From Octopus sinensis (Eukaryota): a stretch of 64,000 nucleotides of DNA. The notes below the pieces were generated by a model, which saw only the letters and a list, made by a program, of their open reading frames with translations, had not been told where the DNA came from and did not search any database. Made by a program: the position numbers and the translations under genes. Below, piece after piece: positions 24,596-38,688 of the stretch; the first letter of the stretch is position 1, and each line of letters begins with the position of its first letter. The stretch covers positions 9,920,001-9,984,000 of the forward strand of contig NC_043013.1 of NCBI RefSeq assembly GCF_006345805.1, read 5' to 3'.

Positions 24596-25678
24596 ATAAA
24601 GCTACCAGTTAGGTACTGGTTTCAGCCTAATAAATTGTTATGTGTGCTAGCATGTAAGGGGTTAAACCTGGAAGAGTGCGAAGACTAAATCTCCTACGAC
24701 TACGACGTCAAGTTAAGTGATAGATACACCGATAAAATAATGAAGGACATTACTATAACCCGGGGCACTGATATTTGAATGGCGGTGCCCCAGCATGGCC
24801 ACAGCTCATGAGCTGAAACTAGATGAAATGAAATGAATAACATTATATTTGTGAGCGCGCGTGTGCATGTGCGTGTGGTAGGTGTGTGCTTGTGTGTATC
24901 TGTGTCTGTGTGTGTTTGTGTATACATGGGTGCATATATGTGATTATTTATCGGTACCGCTTAGACTACTGCCAGCTCAATGCATTCACACACACAACCA
25001 TCCTATCATTAATTCGCATATACTCTCTCTTTCTCTCTTGCTCTTTCTCGCTCTTTCTCTTTCCCTCTCTTTCACTTTCAAAGTAGATGACACTAAAAGT
25101 GATAATATAAAGACCACCCTCACATGACAGCAACAATATGCGCTTCCTTCCCCTTCCACTAATCCAGCCCTTTATTAAAACCTTTTGCTTAACCTCAGCT
25201 CCCTGTGACCTATTTTTACCTTCTTCAACCAATGAGGGAGAACCTGCGTGGTGACAAAACCTCTTAGAAATATCGACAACGTCTCTCTCAAATTACACCC
25301 TGCCATCATTGAATAGGGGGGAACAAGGTACACATTGGATTATGTAGCCCTAGATTTATGACACATGAGAGAACGATGTGATGGCCACAGCTAGAACGCC
25401 TTTTGAATATACACATTTCTTCGGTTGAAGGTCGATATGGAATTAATGAGTCTGTCAATCAACTACTCTTGCAGTAAATGTTTCTGATTTAGGCACGGGG
25501 CCAGCAATTTTGTGGGTGGACGTCAGTTGATTACATCGATCCAAATATTTGAATAGTACTTTAGGGCAAATTGATCCCAGCGTGATTTGAACTTATAACA
25601 TGCAAAAGCCGTAAGAAATGCAACGAAGTATTTTATCCGACTCTCTAACGTTTCTGCCACTACACCACCTTTAAAATA

Positions 25679-26098
25679 ACTCTCTTACTCTTTACTCTTT
25701 TACTTGTTTCAGTCATTTGACTGCGGCCATGCTGGAGCACCGCCTTTAGTCGAACAAATCGACCCCTGGGCTTATTCTTTGTAAGCCCAGTACTTATTCT
25801 ATCGGTCTCTTTTGCCGAACCGCTAAGTGACGGGGACGTAAACACACCAGCATCGGTTGTCAAGCAATGCTAGGGGGACAAACACATACACACAAACATA
25901 TACACACACACTTATATATATATATACATATATACGACAGGCTTCTTTCAGTTTCCGTCTACCAAATCCACTCACAAGGCATCGGTCGGCCCGGAGCTAT
26001 AGCAGAAGACACTTGCCCAAGATGCCACGCAGTGGGACTGAACCCGGAACCATGTGGTTGGTTAGCAAGCTACTTACCACACAGCCACTCCTGTGCCT
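25679..26098 (-). mobile_element. SINE B, young full-length copy
   Basis: Reverse-complement match to SINE B. Confidence 0.92.
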
Positions 26099-27049
26099 TT
26101 AACTAGTGATAAAAACAAAACAGCATTTAAAGAAATAAAAAAATAAAACACATCTAGTTTATTGTAGACTAAAGTAATCAAGCATGTTGACTAGTTGGCA
26201 AATATATTTGTCTAGTGGTGATATTTTTCAACGATCTGTCAGCTCACGTTTGACCGATGCCTGCAGTAGAGGTTGTACGTATGTATGTGTGTGTAGGCTG
26301 TGTATTGGGATAGTAAATTGATCAACTGTGATGTGTGTGTGTGTGTGTTTGTAAGTAGGTTTGTGCTCTGTGTGGGGGATATACGAGAATAAGGGAGAAA
26401 TGCTAAGGAAAGAGGGAAAAGAATAAGAAAGAGAGCGCGAGAAGAAGAGAGAGAGGGAAAAGGAGAAAAAGAAATAGGAAGAAGCGTAAGGAGAGAGAGA
26501 GAGAGAAGTTGAAAGATGGAGAAATTTAAGAAGGAGAGGTAAAGAGAGAAAGAAGTGTGGGAGAAAGAGGGTGAAAATTTGAGAGAAAGAAAGAGGAAAG
26601 AAAAAGGGAGTGAAATTAAGAGAAAAGAGAGAGTGAGAGGAGGGGGCAGAAAGAATGAGGGAAGTATACCGATACGAACAATAGAAGAGGAAGAGAAAAA
26701 CTTGGGAATACACATATTTACAGAGAGTGGGAGGGAGAAGAGAGAGCGAAACACAAACCTATAGCGAAAGAGAGAGATAGACTCGACCCACCCATACATG
26801 TGTGGATATATTTCTGCGTAAAATATGCTGAAACAGACACGTTTAGTCGGACGCACGCGCGTGTGTGTATAAGTACATGAGTTATTCGTCCGTTTGTTAG
26901 ATTTTTTTAATCTGTTCTTCATGGAATCCATCCATATATTTAAAATGTATTTAACTTCTTGTTGATTTATTCTCTTCTTGTTTTTCTACTTTTCTCCTTT
27001 AGTAATCAATTTTAAATACATCGATTTGTTTTCCACGTCTTTTTTTTTC

Positions 27050-27460
27050 TTTTTACTTGTTTCAGTCATTTGACTGCGGCCATGCTGGAGCACCGCCTTT
27101 AGTCGAGCAAATCAACCCCGGGACTTTTTCTTTTTGTAAGCCCAGTACTTATTCTATCGGTCTCTTTTGCCGAACCGCTAAGTAACGGGGACGTAAACAC
27201 ACCAGCATCGGTTGTCAAGCGATGTTGCGGGGGGGGGGGACAAACACAGACACACAAACATATACACGCACATACATATATATACATACATATATACAAC
27301 AGGCTTCTTTCAGTTTCCGTCTACCAAATCCACTCACAAGACTTTGGTCGGCCCGGGGCTATAGCAGAAGACACTTGGCCAAGATGCCACGCAGTGGGAC
27401 TGAACCCGGAACCATGTTGTTGGTAAGCAAGCTACTTACCACACGGCCACTCCTGCGTCT
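27050..27460 (-). mobile_element. SINE B, full length
   Basis: Reverse-complement match to SINE B. Confidence 0.9.
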
Positions 27461-27942
27461 GTAAAACTAATAATAACAATAATAACACAATTGTTTCATT
27501 TCCTCTAACCTTATTTACCACGCGCGGTTTTTAAATACAGACCAATAAGTCTCTTTCACAGTTCAACCTCTCAGGTGCAAATTGGCCAATTAGCATTTTA
27601 GGGGATGGCAACCATGTGTTAATCTTTGCAATGATCTGAAACTGAACTGTCTCCTGAACAAAATGGTAAAATATGTACAAGGTCGTGACTGCTCAAGGTA
27701 ACAACCAAATCTCCCTCAAATCCCACCTTTCAACCTGATAAAATGAAGGGCACATCATTGCTGCGCCAGGCAGTAATTTTTTCAAGCTTTACGTTTTGAA
27801 TTCAAATTCCGCCGAGGTTGACATGACCTTTTGTCCCTTCAGGATGCATAAAATAAGCACCAGTCGAGCACTGGGTTCAATGAAATCCACTAGCCCCTTC
27901 CCCCAAAATTCCAGGCGTTGTGCCTAAAGTAGATAGGTTATT

Positions 27943-28178
27943 TACATTATTTACATTCGACGGATATTTGTCCTCATCTTGTTTGTTGTTAACACAACGT
28001 TTCGGCTGATATACCCTCTAGCCTTCTTCAGGTGTCTTGGGGAAATTTCGAACCTGGGTTTTCAAGACACCTGAATTTCCTCAAGACACCTGAAGAAGGC
28101 TGGAGGGTATATCAGCCGAAACGTTGTGTTAACAACAAACAATATGAGGACAAATATTCGTCGAATGTAAATAATGTA
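27943..28178. repeat. 105-bp inverted repeat of family E fragments, each arm carrying a hammerhead core
   Basis: 27943-28047 is the reverse complement of 28074-28178 with few mismatches. Confidence 0.9.
28085..28130 (+). ncRNA. Minimal type-I hammerhead ribozyme candidate
   Basis: GACAC-CTGAAGA-A-GGCTG-GAGGGTATAT-CAGCC-GAAAC-GTT-GTGTT; perfect 5-bp stem II, 5-bp stem I with one G.U pair. Confidence 0.65.
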
Positions 28179-28429
28179 TATAATTCCTCATCTCTTAAAT
28201 ATAGAACTGTAAAGTAAATAGGGTTATATTTATTGTTGAGAGAATCATTAAAGCATCGGACAAATTACTTTGCGTAATTTATTCCGACTCTTTACGCTTT
28301 GAGCTCAAATCCCGCCATGGCTAAATTTGTCTTTCATTCTTTTTTAGGCTCGATAATATACAGTACCACTTAAAGTACTAAATTCGATATAATCGGCCTG
28401 CCCACTTCCCTCAACATTGTTTGACTTGT

Positions 28430-28505
28430 GCCATCTACTATAGCGTCGGGCCGACCAAAGCCTTGTGAGTGGATTTGGTAGACGGAAACTGAAAGAAGCC
28501 CGTCG

Positions 28506-28539
<34 letters not shown>

Positions 28540-28553
28540 AATATATATATATA

Positions 28554-28588
<35 letters not shown>

Positions 28589-28806
28589 GTCTGTGTGTCT
28601 ATGTTTGCCCCCCCCCCCCAACAGCGCTTGACAACCGATGCTGGTGTGCTTACGTCCCCGTATCTTAGTGGTTCGGCAAAAGTCCACGATAGAATAAGTA
28701 CTAGGCTTACAAAGAATAAGTACTGGGGGTCGATTTTCTCGACTAAAGGCGGTGCTCCAGCATGGCCACAGTCAAATGACTGAAACAAGTAAAAGTGTAA
28801 AAGAGT
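28430..28806 (+). mobile_element. SINE B, 5'-truncated
   Basis: Match from the core to the tail. Confidence 0.85.
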
Positions 28807-28966
28807 ATATTGTTCGTTATAAAAAAGATTATTTTGGTCACGATGTTCACTGCTATAACAACCACTGTGTGCTTTATGGTGTCGAGCTTTTAATTAGGTA
28901 ACAACTGTATCAACAGCATGTGTATGTGTATGTGTGCTTGTTTGCTTGTTTGTGTGTATGTGTGTG

Positions 28967-29801
28967 TAGGGTGCTGTGAATGAATTATCGTCTAACTTAC
29001 GCGAAAATGAAAATAATACTGACATCTCATTATAACAGATATATTTACCAAAATTACATAAAAATGTCTTGAAATACTATTGAGTAAATTTATTCAATAA
29101 AATCGCTATTGGCTTAAAACACGGTCTCCAGACGATTTCGGAATCTTCTGCAACTCTTCTGGACGGTCTCCTTGTTTTAAGTTGGTGAATGCCGCCATAA
29201 TCCTTACCTTCAGTTCATCCTTGGTGTTACAAGGAGTTTTATTCGTCTCTCACTCAACTGCGCCTCACATATAATAATCAAGTGGATTGCAGTCTGGGGA
29301 GTTAGGTACAGATGTTAGGGGTGATGTGGTCGCAGAAATTGCCTGACAGCCGTGACTGGGTTCTCCTCCATGTGTGGCATGTTGCAGAGTCCTATTGCCA
29401 GACATAGGGTTTTGCAGCAACCAAGCGCTTGATGTAGGTCTCTGTGTTTAGTCTGAGGCCACGAGAAAAGATGAATGGAGACACAGCGTCGCCATCACTA
29501 GTGGTCACTCCAAACGCCATGATGTTGACTGGATGTTTGGTTTTTATCACTCTCTGTACATGTCCTCAGATTTCGCTGTCCTCAGATTGACACTCTGAAA
29601 TCTTTGTATTCGATCTCCCGTCGCGAATGCCAAGCTGTAGAGCTTGTCGTTACCAAATTTCTGACAGAGTGAATTACGTCATGGTGCTGTTTATCTCACA
29701 GACCCCGCTATGCTGTGTAGTCGACAAAATCAAAAGCAAACAATGCGTTTGCACTAAATTAAAAATATATAATGGCAACAATTTACTTATCGCATCCTGT
29801 A
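28967..29801 (-). mobile_element. Internally deleted Tc1/mariner element, maT (DD37D)-like
   Basis: Minus frames KHPVNIMAFGVVTSDG, WQ*DSATCH and PNSPDCNPLDYY; imperfect TIRs at about 28968 and 29799. Confidence 0.8.
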
Positions 29802-29819
29802 TATGTGTATGTGCGTGCA

Positions 29820-29862
<43 letters not shown>

Positions 29863-30355
29863 TATGTATACATGAATACATTAGTGTTTTGACACTTTAC
29901 CAGGTCAGTTACGTAGAACAAGATATATATGGTCGTCGATTGAATCATCCCGATGTTTTAATAATAGATATTTTATTGTTCCCAGTGGGGAAATAAAGCA
30001 GCGACGCATCTCTCTAGTGAAATCAGATGTCAGAGGAGTGAAGCAGAGAGTATTGTTTCAATGCACAATGTACATGCATTGATATACGCATGTATACGCG
30101 TGCACTCGGTGTGTGTGTGTGTGTGTGTGTGTGTACATGCAAGTATTGTTCGGTGTTCCATTTTCAGTAACACGATTCTGTTTTCGTTCCTACTATGCGA
30201 TAATTCGAGCAAGTGTCTTCTACATTAGCCACGGATTAGATTTCCAAGTAAAATTTCCCAGACAGAAACTGAGAGAAGCCTATAGTACGCATGTATGTAT
30301 TCCTGTTTGTTTGGTGCCTTGGTATATATGAACTTACATGTATGTGTGCACGAAT

Positions 30356-30393
<38 letters not shown>

Positions 30394-31505
30394 GGGAGAT
30401 TTCACGAAAAAAAGAAAACACGAAGATAGGTCGTGTAGACAACAAACAGATGTATTAGTATAACGCTCGGGAAATAAGAAACCGATAGAATAAGTACTAG
30501 GCTTACAAAGAATAAGTCCTGGGTTCGATTTGCTGGACTAAAACGCGGTGCTCCAGCATGGCCACAGTCAAATGACTGAAACAATTAAGAGTAAAAGAGT
30601 AAAAGAGAGCTAATTTTATAATAATATTCAACAGTTTCCCATTGAATACAAATACAAGAAACTACTTCAAATATACACATTCAGATATGTAATAACTATT
30701 TGATGGACATTTTTATGTTATTCATCTTGGTGTTTATGTCTTAGTCATTAATCTTATTAATCATTATCAAAAATATTGTTTCCTTTCTGTGAAACTTTAG
30801 TCAACGCTTCTTCAAACAGCCTCATCTTCTGTATTATTTTCATCTAAAAGTGTCTGTCACCTTGAAAAGTGACTGACAGAGACAGAATGTTGTTGAGTGA
30901 CTAGTTTTAATTCAGTCATGTCTTCTGATATGCCAACGAAGGAATTTCTATATGGATACTCGTTTAACTAGAAATACCTCCTGAAATACTCTCAAATGAA
31001 TGATGGTCTCTTACATGATAGCAGATTATATATTGGAGAACGTGGTTCTAGATACACTACTTTGTAGAAAACAAAACGGAATGTAACGTTCGTAAATAAT
31101 TCTCTTCGTCTCTAGGTTTTTTTCGAACCCTGTCTGCTTGCGTGACTACTCATCACACAAGACGTTGACTGTTAGCTATTCTGTCTGTCCACCCGTGTAT
31201 CTGGCTTTCTGACTGTCTGTGTATTTGTTATTTTGTTTGTTTGCTTCTTTCTTTCATTCATTCATTCTTCCTTTCTTTTTTCTTTCTTTCTTTCTTTCTC
31301 ACCCTATCTACCCCACCATGTGAATCTACTTCACATTCAGTTCGCTATCTAATTTATTTATCTTTGTAACTCTCTCAGTAGTCCCACTGTTTTTACTTTC
31401 TAGCGTTACAATGTGAGGCAAATCAACCAATGAACAAATAACTTTACGTGTGACTTCGTTTTTTTTATAGATCAAGGTATGCCCGAGTAATTTATATAAA
31501 TATAA

Positions 31506-31584
<79 letters not shown>

Positions 31585-31841
31585 GAACATGTATACATAT
31601 ATTATGCTCGTGTATAATACATACACACACAAAACACGCACACAGACACAAACACCCACATACAAACAAACATATATATGGTGTTGGTATGTTTACGTTC
31701 ATGTAACTTAGTGGTTCGGCAAAAGTACTAGACTTTAAAATGTAAGCACTAGGATCGATTCGCTCGACTAAAAAAATCTTCAAGTCGGTGCCCTGCATGG
31801 CCGCAGTCTAATGACTGAAACCAGAAAACAATTAAAAGACA

Positions 31842-31872
<31 letters not shown>

Positions 31873-31874
31873 TC

Positions 31875-31919
<45 letters not shown>

Positions 31920-31963
31920 TTATCTATATATATATATATATAGCTAGATAGATATATAGATAG

Positions 31964-32220
31964 ATATTAGAAAAATAACAACAAAAACCAAGGCAAGACG
32001 AGTATCTCAAGTCATTTAGTATATCTAATTAGGGTAAGGTGAATTTGAAATCTGAGGCTCTTTCTGGCTAGCCTATCACTTGTGATATTCCAGAAAGCCT
32101 ATCTCTTCGGATATCCCGGAAACAGCTGTAGGACTCCATATTCACCTTACCCTAATTAAATATTCTAATTTACTTGAGATATTCATACTACCTTGGTTTT
32201 TGCTTTCCTTTTTCTAATAT
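31964..32220. repeat. Fold-back element: imperfect arms of about 80 bp around a structured core
   Basis: Perfect 19-bp block 32026-32044 / 32140-32158; outer blocks ATATTAGAAAAA / TTTTTCTAATAT. Confidence 0.85.
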
Positions 32221-32357
32221 ACCTGCTAACTTGGAAGCCTAATATGGATCCCTAACTCCAGCCTCAGCTGTGAACTAGGAACATAACGGATAACCTATTA
32301 CAGCACTTATACAGCGTACCTATTCGTTTAGATCACCAGTGAACCAAACCCCTCATA

Positions 32358-32360
32358 TTC

Positions 32361-32439
<79 letters not shown>

Positions 32440-32527
32440 CTCACTATCCATCTATCTATCTCTCTCTCACTATCCATCTATCTATCTATCTCTCACTATC
32501 CATCTATCTATCTATCTCTCACTATCC

Positions 32528-32583
<56 letters not shown>

Positions 32584-32703
32584 CTCACTATCCATCTATC
32601 TATCTCTCTCTCACTATCCATCTATCTATCTATCTCTCACTATCCATCTATCTATCTATCTCTATCTCTCACTATCCATCTATCTATCTATCTCTGACTA
32701 TCC

Positions 32704-32748
<45 letters not shown>

Positions 32749-32800
32749 CCAACCAACCTACCTACCTACCTATCTACCTACCTACCTATCTATCTGTCTG
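32358..32800. repeat. (ATCT)n tract with a recurring CTCACTATCCATCT higher-order unit
   Basis: Direct inspection. Confidence 0.9.
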
Positions 32801-32805
32801 TCTAG

Positions 32806-32847
<42 letters not shown>

Positions 32848-32970
32848 AAAGGGCTTAGTAAAATAAATTACTTTGCCGCATACTGAACTCATTAGAAATA
32901 GTAGCTAAAAAAACTTTTTTAAAACTATTTCTAATACTTAAAGAAAACCTCTCTCATATAGTGTTTGCTC

Positions 32971-33024
<54 letters not shown>

Positions 33025-34072
33025 TTATATATATATATATGCATAATATATCGTGAGGGTGTGTGTGTGTGTATGAAGACTGATCCGACTTGAGTGTTCT
33101 TACAAGCATAAACTCATGTAACATCATTCTGTTGAATCGAAGCTGATGTGTTATGGACAGATATAAATAAACAATTAATCCATGACTAACTCAAAGACAT
33201 CAACACCAGGACACAACGAAGTTGGATGATATCAATTTTTGGATACAATATCTCTGTCGTTGAAATAAAATACTGCGCTCCAACACACAACTAAAGAAAT
33301 AAACTTGTATGTCAGACTCATTGTTCTAAGCATACAATATGGTTCAGAGAATAATGCTGTTGTTATGATTGTTGTTTACACGAGTGATGCACATAGTGGT
33401 AAATGGTGACATCTGTATATTTAGAAAAATATTTATAACGTCATACGAATGAGTAAACTTCTAGAGAACATGGTATTCTTCTTGGTTTTTGGAACAGTGG
33501 GGTTCGAAGCAGATGATAAAGCTATAACTAATATTTTATAATATAGGCACAAGAATAGTAAATTTTGTGGGAAAGTGGTTTATCGATTACATCGAGTACT
33601 GCTTATTTTATCGATGCCGAAAAGATATATGGCAAAGTTGACCTCGACAGAATTTGAACTCAGAACGTAGATCCGGAATGAATATTGAATAATGCTTAGT
33701 CTTTATCACGGCGTGCTAACGATTCTTCAGTTCAATAGTATGTAAATATTGATTTCAAATTTTGGCACCAGACCAACTATTTTGGGGTAAGAGTATGTAG
33801 TTTGCGTCCACTCCATCACTCAAATTGTAGTTATTCAATCGACACCGAAAGGATGAAAGACAAAATTGACCTCAGCTGAATTTGAACTCAAATAGCGTGT
33901 AAATATTGGATAGCAAAATCGAATGATGGTAAGAATAAAGTTTCGAAAATGCACAGAGAAGCAGCAAGGATTGCTTTGATCCAAAAGTGGGAAGCTTGTC
34001 ATGTTTACAAGAGATACGTGTTTGTGTCGCTTTGAATTTTCATTTTAAAGTTTTTAACCCAATATATACACG

Positions 34073-34469
34073 CTCTCTTTACTCTTTTACTTGTTTCAGT
34101 CATTTGACTGAGGCCATGCTGGAGCACCGCCTTTAGTCGAGCAAATCGACCCCGGGACTTATATTTCTTTGTAAGCCCAGTAGTTATTCTATCGGTCTCT
34201 TTTGCCGAACCGCTAAGTAACGGGGACGTAAACACACCAGCATCGGTTGTCAAGACACACAGACACACAAACACATACACACACACATATATATATATAC
34301 ATATATACGACAGGCTTCTTTCAGTTTCCGTCTACCAAATCCACTCACAAGGCATTGGTCGGCCCGGGGCTATAGCAGAAGACACTTGCCGAAGGTGCCA
34401 CGCAGTGGGACTGAACCCGGAACCATGTGGCTGGTGAGGAAGCTACTTACCACACAGCCACTCCTGCGC
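34073..34469 (-). mobile_element. SINE B, young copy
   Basis: Reverse-complement match to SINE B. Confidence 0.9.
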
Positions 34470-35605
34470 TGTTATTTTTAGTTTCATCATCTCTTTCGAG
34501 ATCCACTGTTTCATATAAGAATACTGCATAAAGTTCACAGTGAAAGATACTTGGAAAGTGAAGGACACTGAAACTGAATAGCATTCCATTTCGTGAAAAT
34601 TTTATTTGAATTGAATTTGTACTTCGACATTGATTTTCAGTTTTATTCTGGATATCCCTGGATATTGGACGTGTCTAATTAGAGATGTATATATAGAGAA
34701 CGAATGCTAAAGAAAATACGTGATAGATAGAAAGTGAAATGAGGAAGAATGCAAGAAAATTTAGTAAGCAGCGTTAAAGTATGTGTGTATACGTACATAA
34801 ACATAGAATCATGTGCATTTTCTAGATTTACCGGTAGATTTATAGACATCGAGCCTGAAGATATTAATTCTTCTATCACTCAACACGTCTTCGTATATCT
34901 TGTTTAGCCCACCCCAGACGTCTTTGCAAAACCTTTATTTACCGTATCGTTGTCTATTTCTGTCTTTTCACGGGGGAAGAAGGCACTTGCTTTTGTATGT
35001 TTTTAAAATTGTTGGTTCTCTTGTTTATACATTTTAAGAATTTTTTAAATGTAAACCTATCACAGTATTGTCCTGTATCATCCACGATTGTTTTATCTGA
35101 GCATGTAATTTCTAAAGGATCATCATCATCATCATCACCATTATCATGATTATCATCATTATCATCATCATTCTTGCTATTATTATTATTATTAGCAGTA
35201 GTAGTAGTAGTAGTAGTAGCAGTAGCAGCAGCAGTACTAGCAATAAGTAGCAGCAGCAGCTATTAAGAAGGAGTCACTATGATGACACACAAATATATTA
35301 CATATATGTATACACACAGGCATGTATATAACACACACACACACACGCAGATGTATGTATTATGTATGTATGTATGTTTGTATGCATATATGTATTATGT
35401 ATGTATATATGTGCGTATGTAAGTGTGTATATGCAAATTCATATCTCTGAAAATATTATTCTTAGAAATATGAATTTAATGTTCAATTAAGTTTACTACA
35501 TATATATATATTGGTGTCCTGTACTCATATATATATATATGCATATATTTTATTTATCTATTATAATACTATATGACCGAACGCACGCGTTATTTCTCTT
35601 CTCCA

Positions 35606-35654
<49 letters not shown>

Positions 35655-35835
35655 TATAAAATTCATAAAAAAAACAAGAAAATAACACAAAAAAGACACA
35701 ACAACAACGCGAGGGCGTGGTACATGCAAAGTATTAAAAGAAAGAGTGTTTTACGTTTCTAGCCAGATTGAAAGTTGAATTCTGCAACTCTGTTAGCTCT
35801 ATCGAGTATGTTTGCAAATATATAAACAAACATAC

Positions 35836-35924
<89 letters not shown>

Positions 35925-36535
35925 CATACATATACATACATGCACATATAGATATATATACTTATATATACATATATATGTATATGTGGTGTATATATAT
36001 ATATATATATGCGTATGTATGTGTGTATGTGCATGTATATATGTGAGTGTATATACATATACATGCTTGTACACACACACACACACACATATCCTACTGC
36101 TAGATATACAAATATAAAAGACATCGTCTAGAAAGAATATTTTTGGCTGATTTGGCAATAGTTCACACAATTTTACGGTTCATAGAAACACAGTTATTTA
36201 TTTGTGTTCCTTTATATCGTCATAACTATGCTTTCAGATTTTTTAAACTATCTATTTTCATGCTCTTTCATGCTGCTACACTCGCCACGCCCCAGCTTGC
36301 ATTTACTTCCCGTTAACCGTATTGTGTAACTAACTTCACTCCCATTATTGCAATTATCGACAAAATTCTCCCAACAATCGTTTACCTGTAGATGCCGATC
36401 AACAGATGTTCAGAGACAACATGAAACAGTTGATTCTATATATCGATGAATTGACAGAAAGTGTGGAGGTGGTGGAAGTTGTGGGTCACAAAGCAGATGT
36501 CACTGATTCTATTTTTATTTTTTTCTTCCTATGTA

Positions 36536-37060
36536 TTGTGTTGTCCGGAAAGTTCATGCCGAATTATAGAGCTTACCTTTCGACTTATTTTAGAACATGG
36601 TTGAGTCCATAAAATAGGATTTGACTACACCTCCATTTAGAGCACTGTTTAAACTATCTTTCCGTGGAAGAAGGTTTATGTTCCTATAACATGTGTTACT
36701 TTTGTAACCCTTTAAAATGGAAGATAAGAAAGTTCATTTTCAGCACTTGTTCTTTGGGAACCAGACAAAAATTGCTGCAGCTCGGCTGGAATGTATTACC
36801 CCGATATTGCTCCTTCAGATTTCCACTTATTCAGGTCTAGCAAGAATAGTCTTAATGGTAAAAATTTCAATTCCTTGGATGAATTGTTTGCCATGAAAAC
36901 ACCTCAATTCTGGGAGAGGGTATTTTCAAGTTTAAGGAAAGATGGAGACGCATTGTGCAACAAAATGGTTCATATTTGGTTGAGTAAAAATGTAATGGCA
37001 AGTATTTATTGACCTTTTTCTTTCCTTTAAAAATCAGCACGAACTTTCTGGACAACCCAA
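36536..37060 (+). mobile_element. Non-autonomous mariner (525 bp) with both TIRs and TA target duplication
   Basis: TA|TTGTGTTGTCCGGAAAGTTC ... GAACTTTCTGGACAACCCAA|TA; MEDKKVHFQH start and YYPDIAPSDFHLF motif; empty site in the paralogous copy near 39113. Confidence 0.92.
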
Positions 37061-37115
37061 TATTTATAGAAACGCTAAGGAACTCCATTCATTTATTTAC
37101 ATTATTTTTGCGCTA

Positions 37116-37513
37116 GGCGCAGGAGTGGCTGTGTGGTAAGTAGCTTGCTAACCAACCACATGGTTCTGGGTTCAGTCCCACTGCGTGGCACCTTGTGCAA
37201 GTGTCTTTTGCTGTAGCCCCGGGCCGACCAATGCCTTGTGAGTGAATTTGGTAGACGGAAACTGAAAGAAGCCCGTCGTATATATGTATATATATGTGTG
37301 TGCGTGTATGTTTGTGTGTCTGTGTTTGTCCCCCAAGCATTGCTTGACAACCGATGCCGGTGTGTTTACGTCCTCGTTACTTAGCGGTTCGGCAAAAGAG
37401 ACCGATAGAATAAGTACTGGGATTACAAAAGAATAAGTCCCGGGGTCGAGTTGCTTGATTAAAGACGGTGCTCCAGCATGGCCGCAGTCAAATGACTGAA
37501 ACAAGTAAAAGAG
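37116..37513 (+). mobile_element. SINE B inserted in a (TA)n tract
   Basis: Absent from the paralogous copy at about 39148-39160 (GCCTATATATAG). Confidence 0.92.
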
Positions 37514-38092
37514 TATATAGCAAACATATGGTGCACTCACCACTGAGATTCTCTCAGCAATATTAATATTCTTAATCAGCATAAGACTCATTAGCTCGCA
37601 GAATCATTAGCAGGTGAGCGGTATTTCGCCCGTGTTCAGGTTCTGACTTCAAATTCCACCGAACTCGATTTTGTCTTTCATCTTTTTGGTGTCGATAAAA
37701 CAAATGCCAGTTGGACAGTGGGTTGGATGTAATGGACTTCCTCACTCCCCTGAAATTCCTGGCCTTGTGCCGATATTTGAAACGAATATTTATAATCAGT
37801 GTAAGGCAGTGAGCTGGGAGAACCGTTTGCATGCCGGACAAAATGTTTAGTGTCATTTCGTCCATCTTCACTTTCTGAGTTCAAATTCCGCCGGGATCGA
37901 CTTTACCTTTCATCCTTTCGGGGCCGATAAAATAAGTACCAGTTGTACACTAAGATCGATGTAACCGACTTGACCCCTTCTCAAAGATTGCTGCCCTTGT
38001 GGCAAAATTTGAAACCATTATTATTATTATCATTATTATTATTATAATTATTGTTATTATTATTATTATTATTATTGCTATTATTATTGTTA

Positions 38093-38142
<50 letters not shown>

Positions 38143-38688
38143 GAGTGAGAGAGCAGTGCATGCCATCAAAGTGACACTGGGGTAAAATATACGAAGCCTA
38201 GTATACCAATCATGACTACCTGTCTGATAAGGGTACACCAGGCACATGCATCACAACCATATGCGCACGACATGGTGATCTCATGTCAAGATAAACAGCG
38301 AATAACCTTGCAGGTAAGGCCCAGTTAGAATTTTTTCTGGTCGAGTAGCCCATCTCGCTCAAAAGGTCCCTGAATAAGGGTTGTTTAAGGATGTCGAATG
38401 AACCACCCATGTTTCCAAAGGTGAATTATCCAAACCTCCAAGAATTCCTTTCAACACACGGCTATGATGCTCCCCCACTACTTCTGCTCGTGGTCAAAGA
38501 TACACATATCGTCAACCACTAAGGGACATGCTCAACTGGTTATGGTCAAACAACTGACAAGCAAATCTGTGGTATTGAGCAGAATATTTGCTGTAGCCCA
38601 TCTGTTATACCAAGACAAAACAATCTACGATAACACTTCCAATCAGTTGAGATCAGAAGCCACGAGAGCCACTGTCTGCTACCGCATC
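38143..38688 (-). mobile_element. Family A retroposon 3' end, longest copy
   Basis: (ATT)n tail at about 38016-38142; ATT repeats also flank the other end (38689-38711). Confidence 0.8.

Noticed and set aside
36382-36404. TTACCTGTAGATGCCGATC resembles miR-10
   Set aside because: The seed does not match and there is no precursor hairpin.
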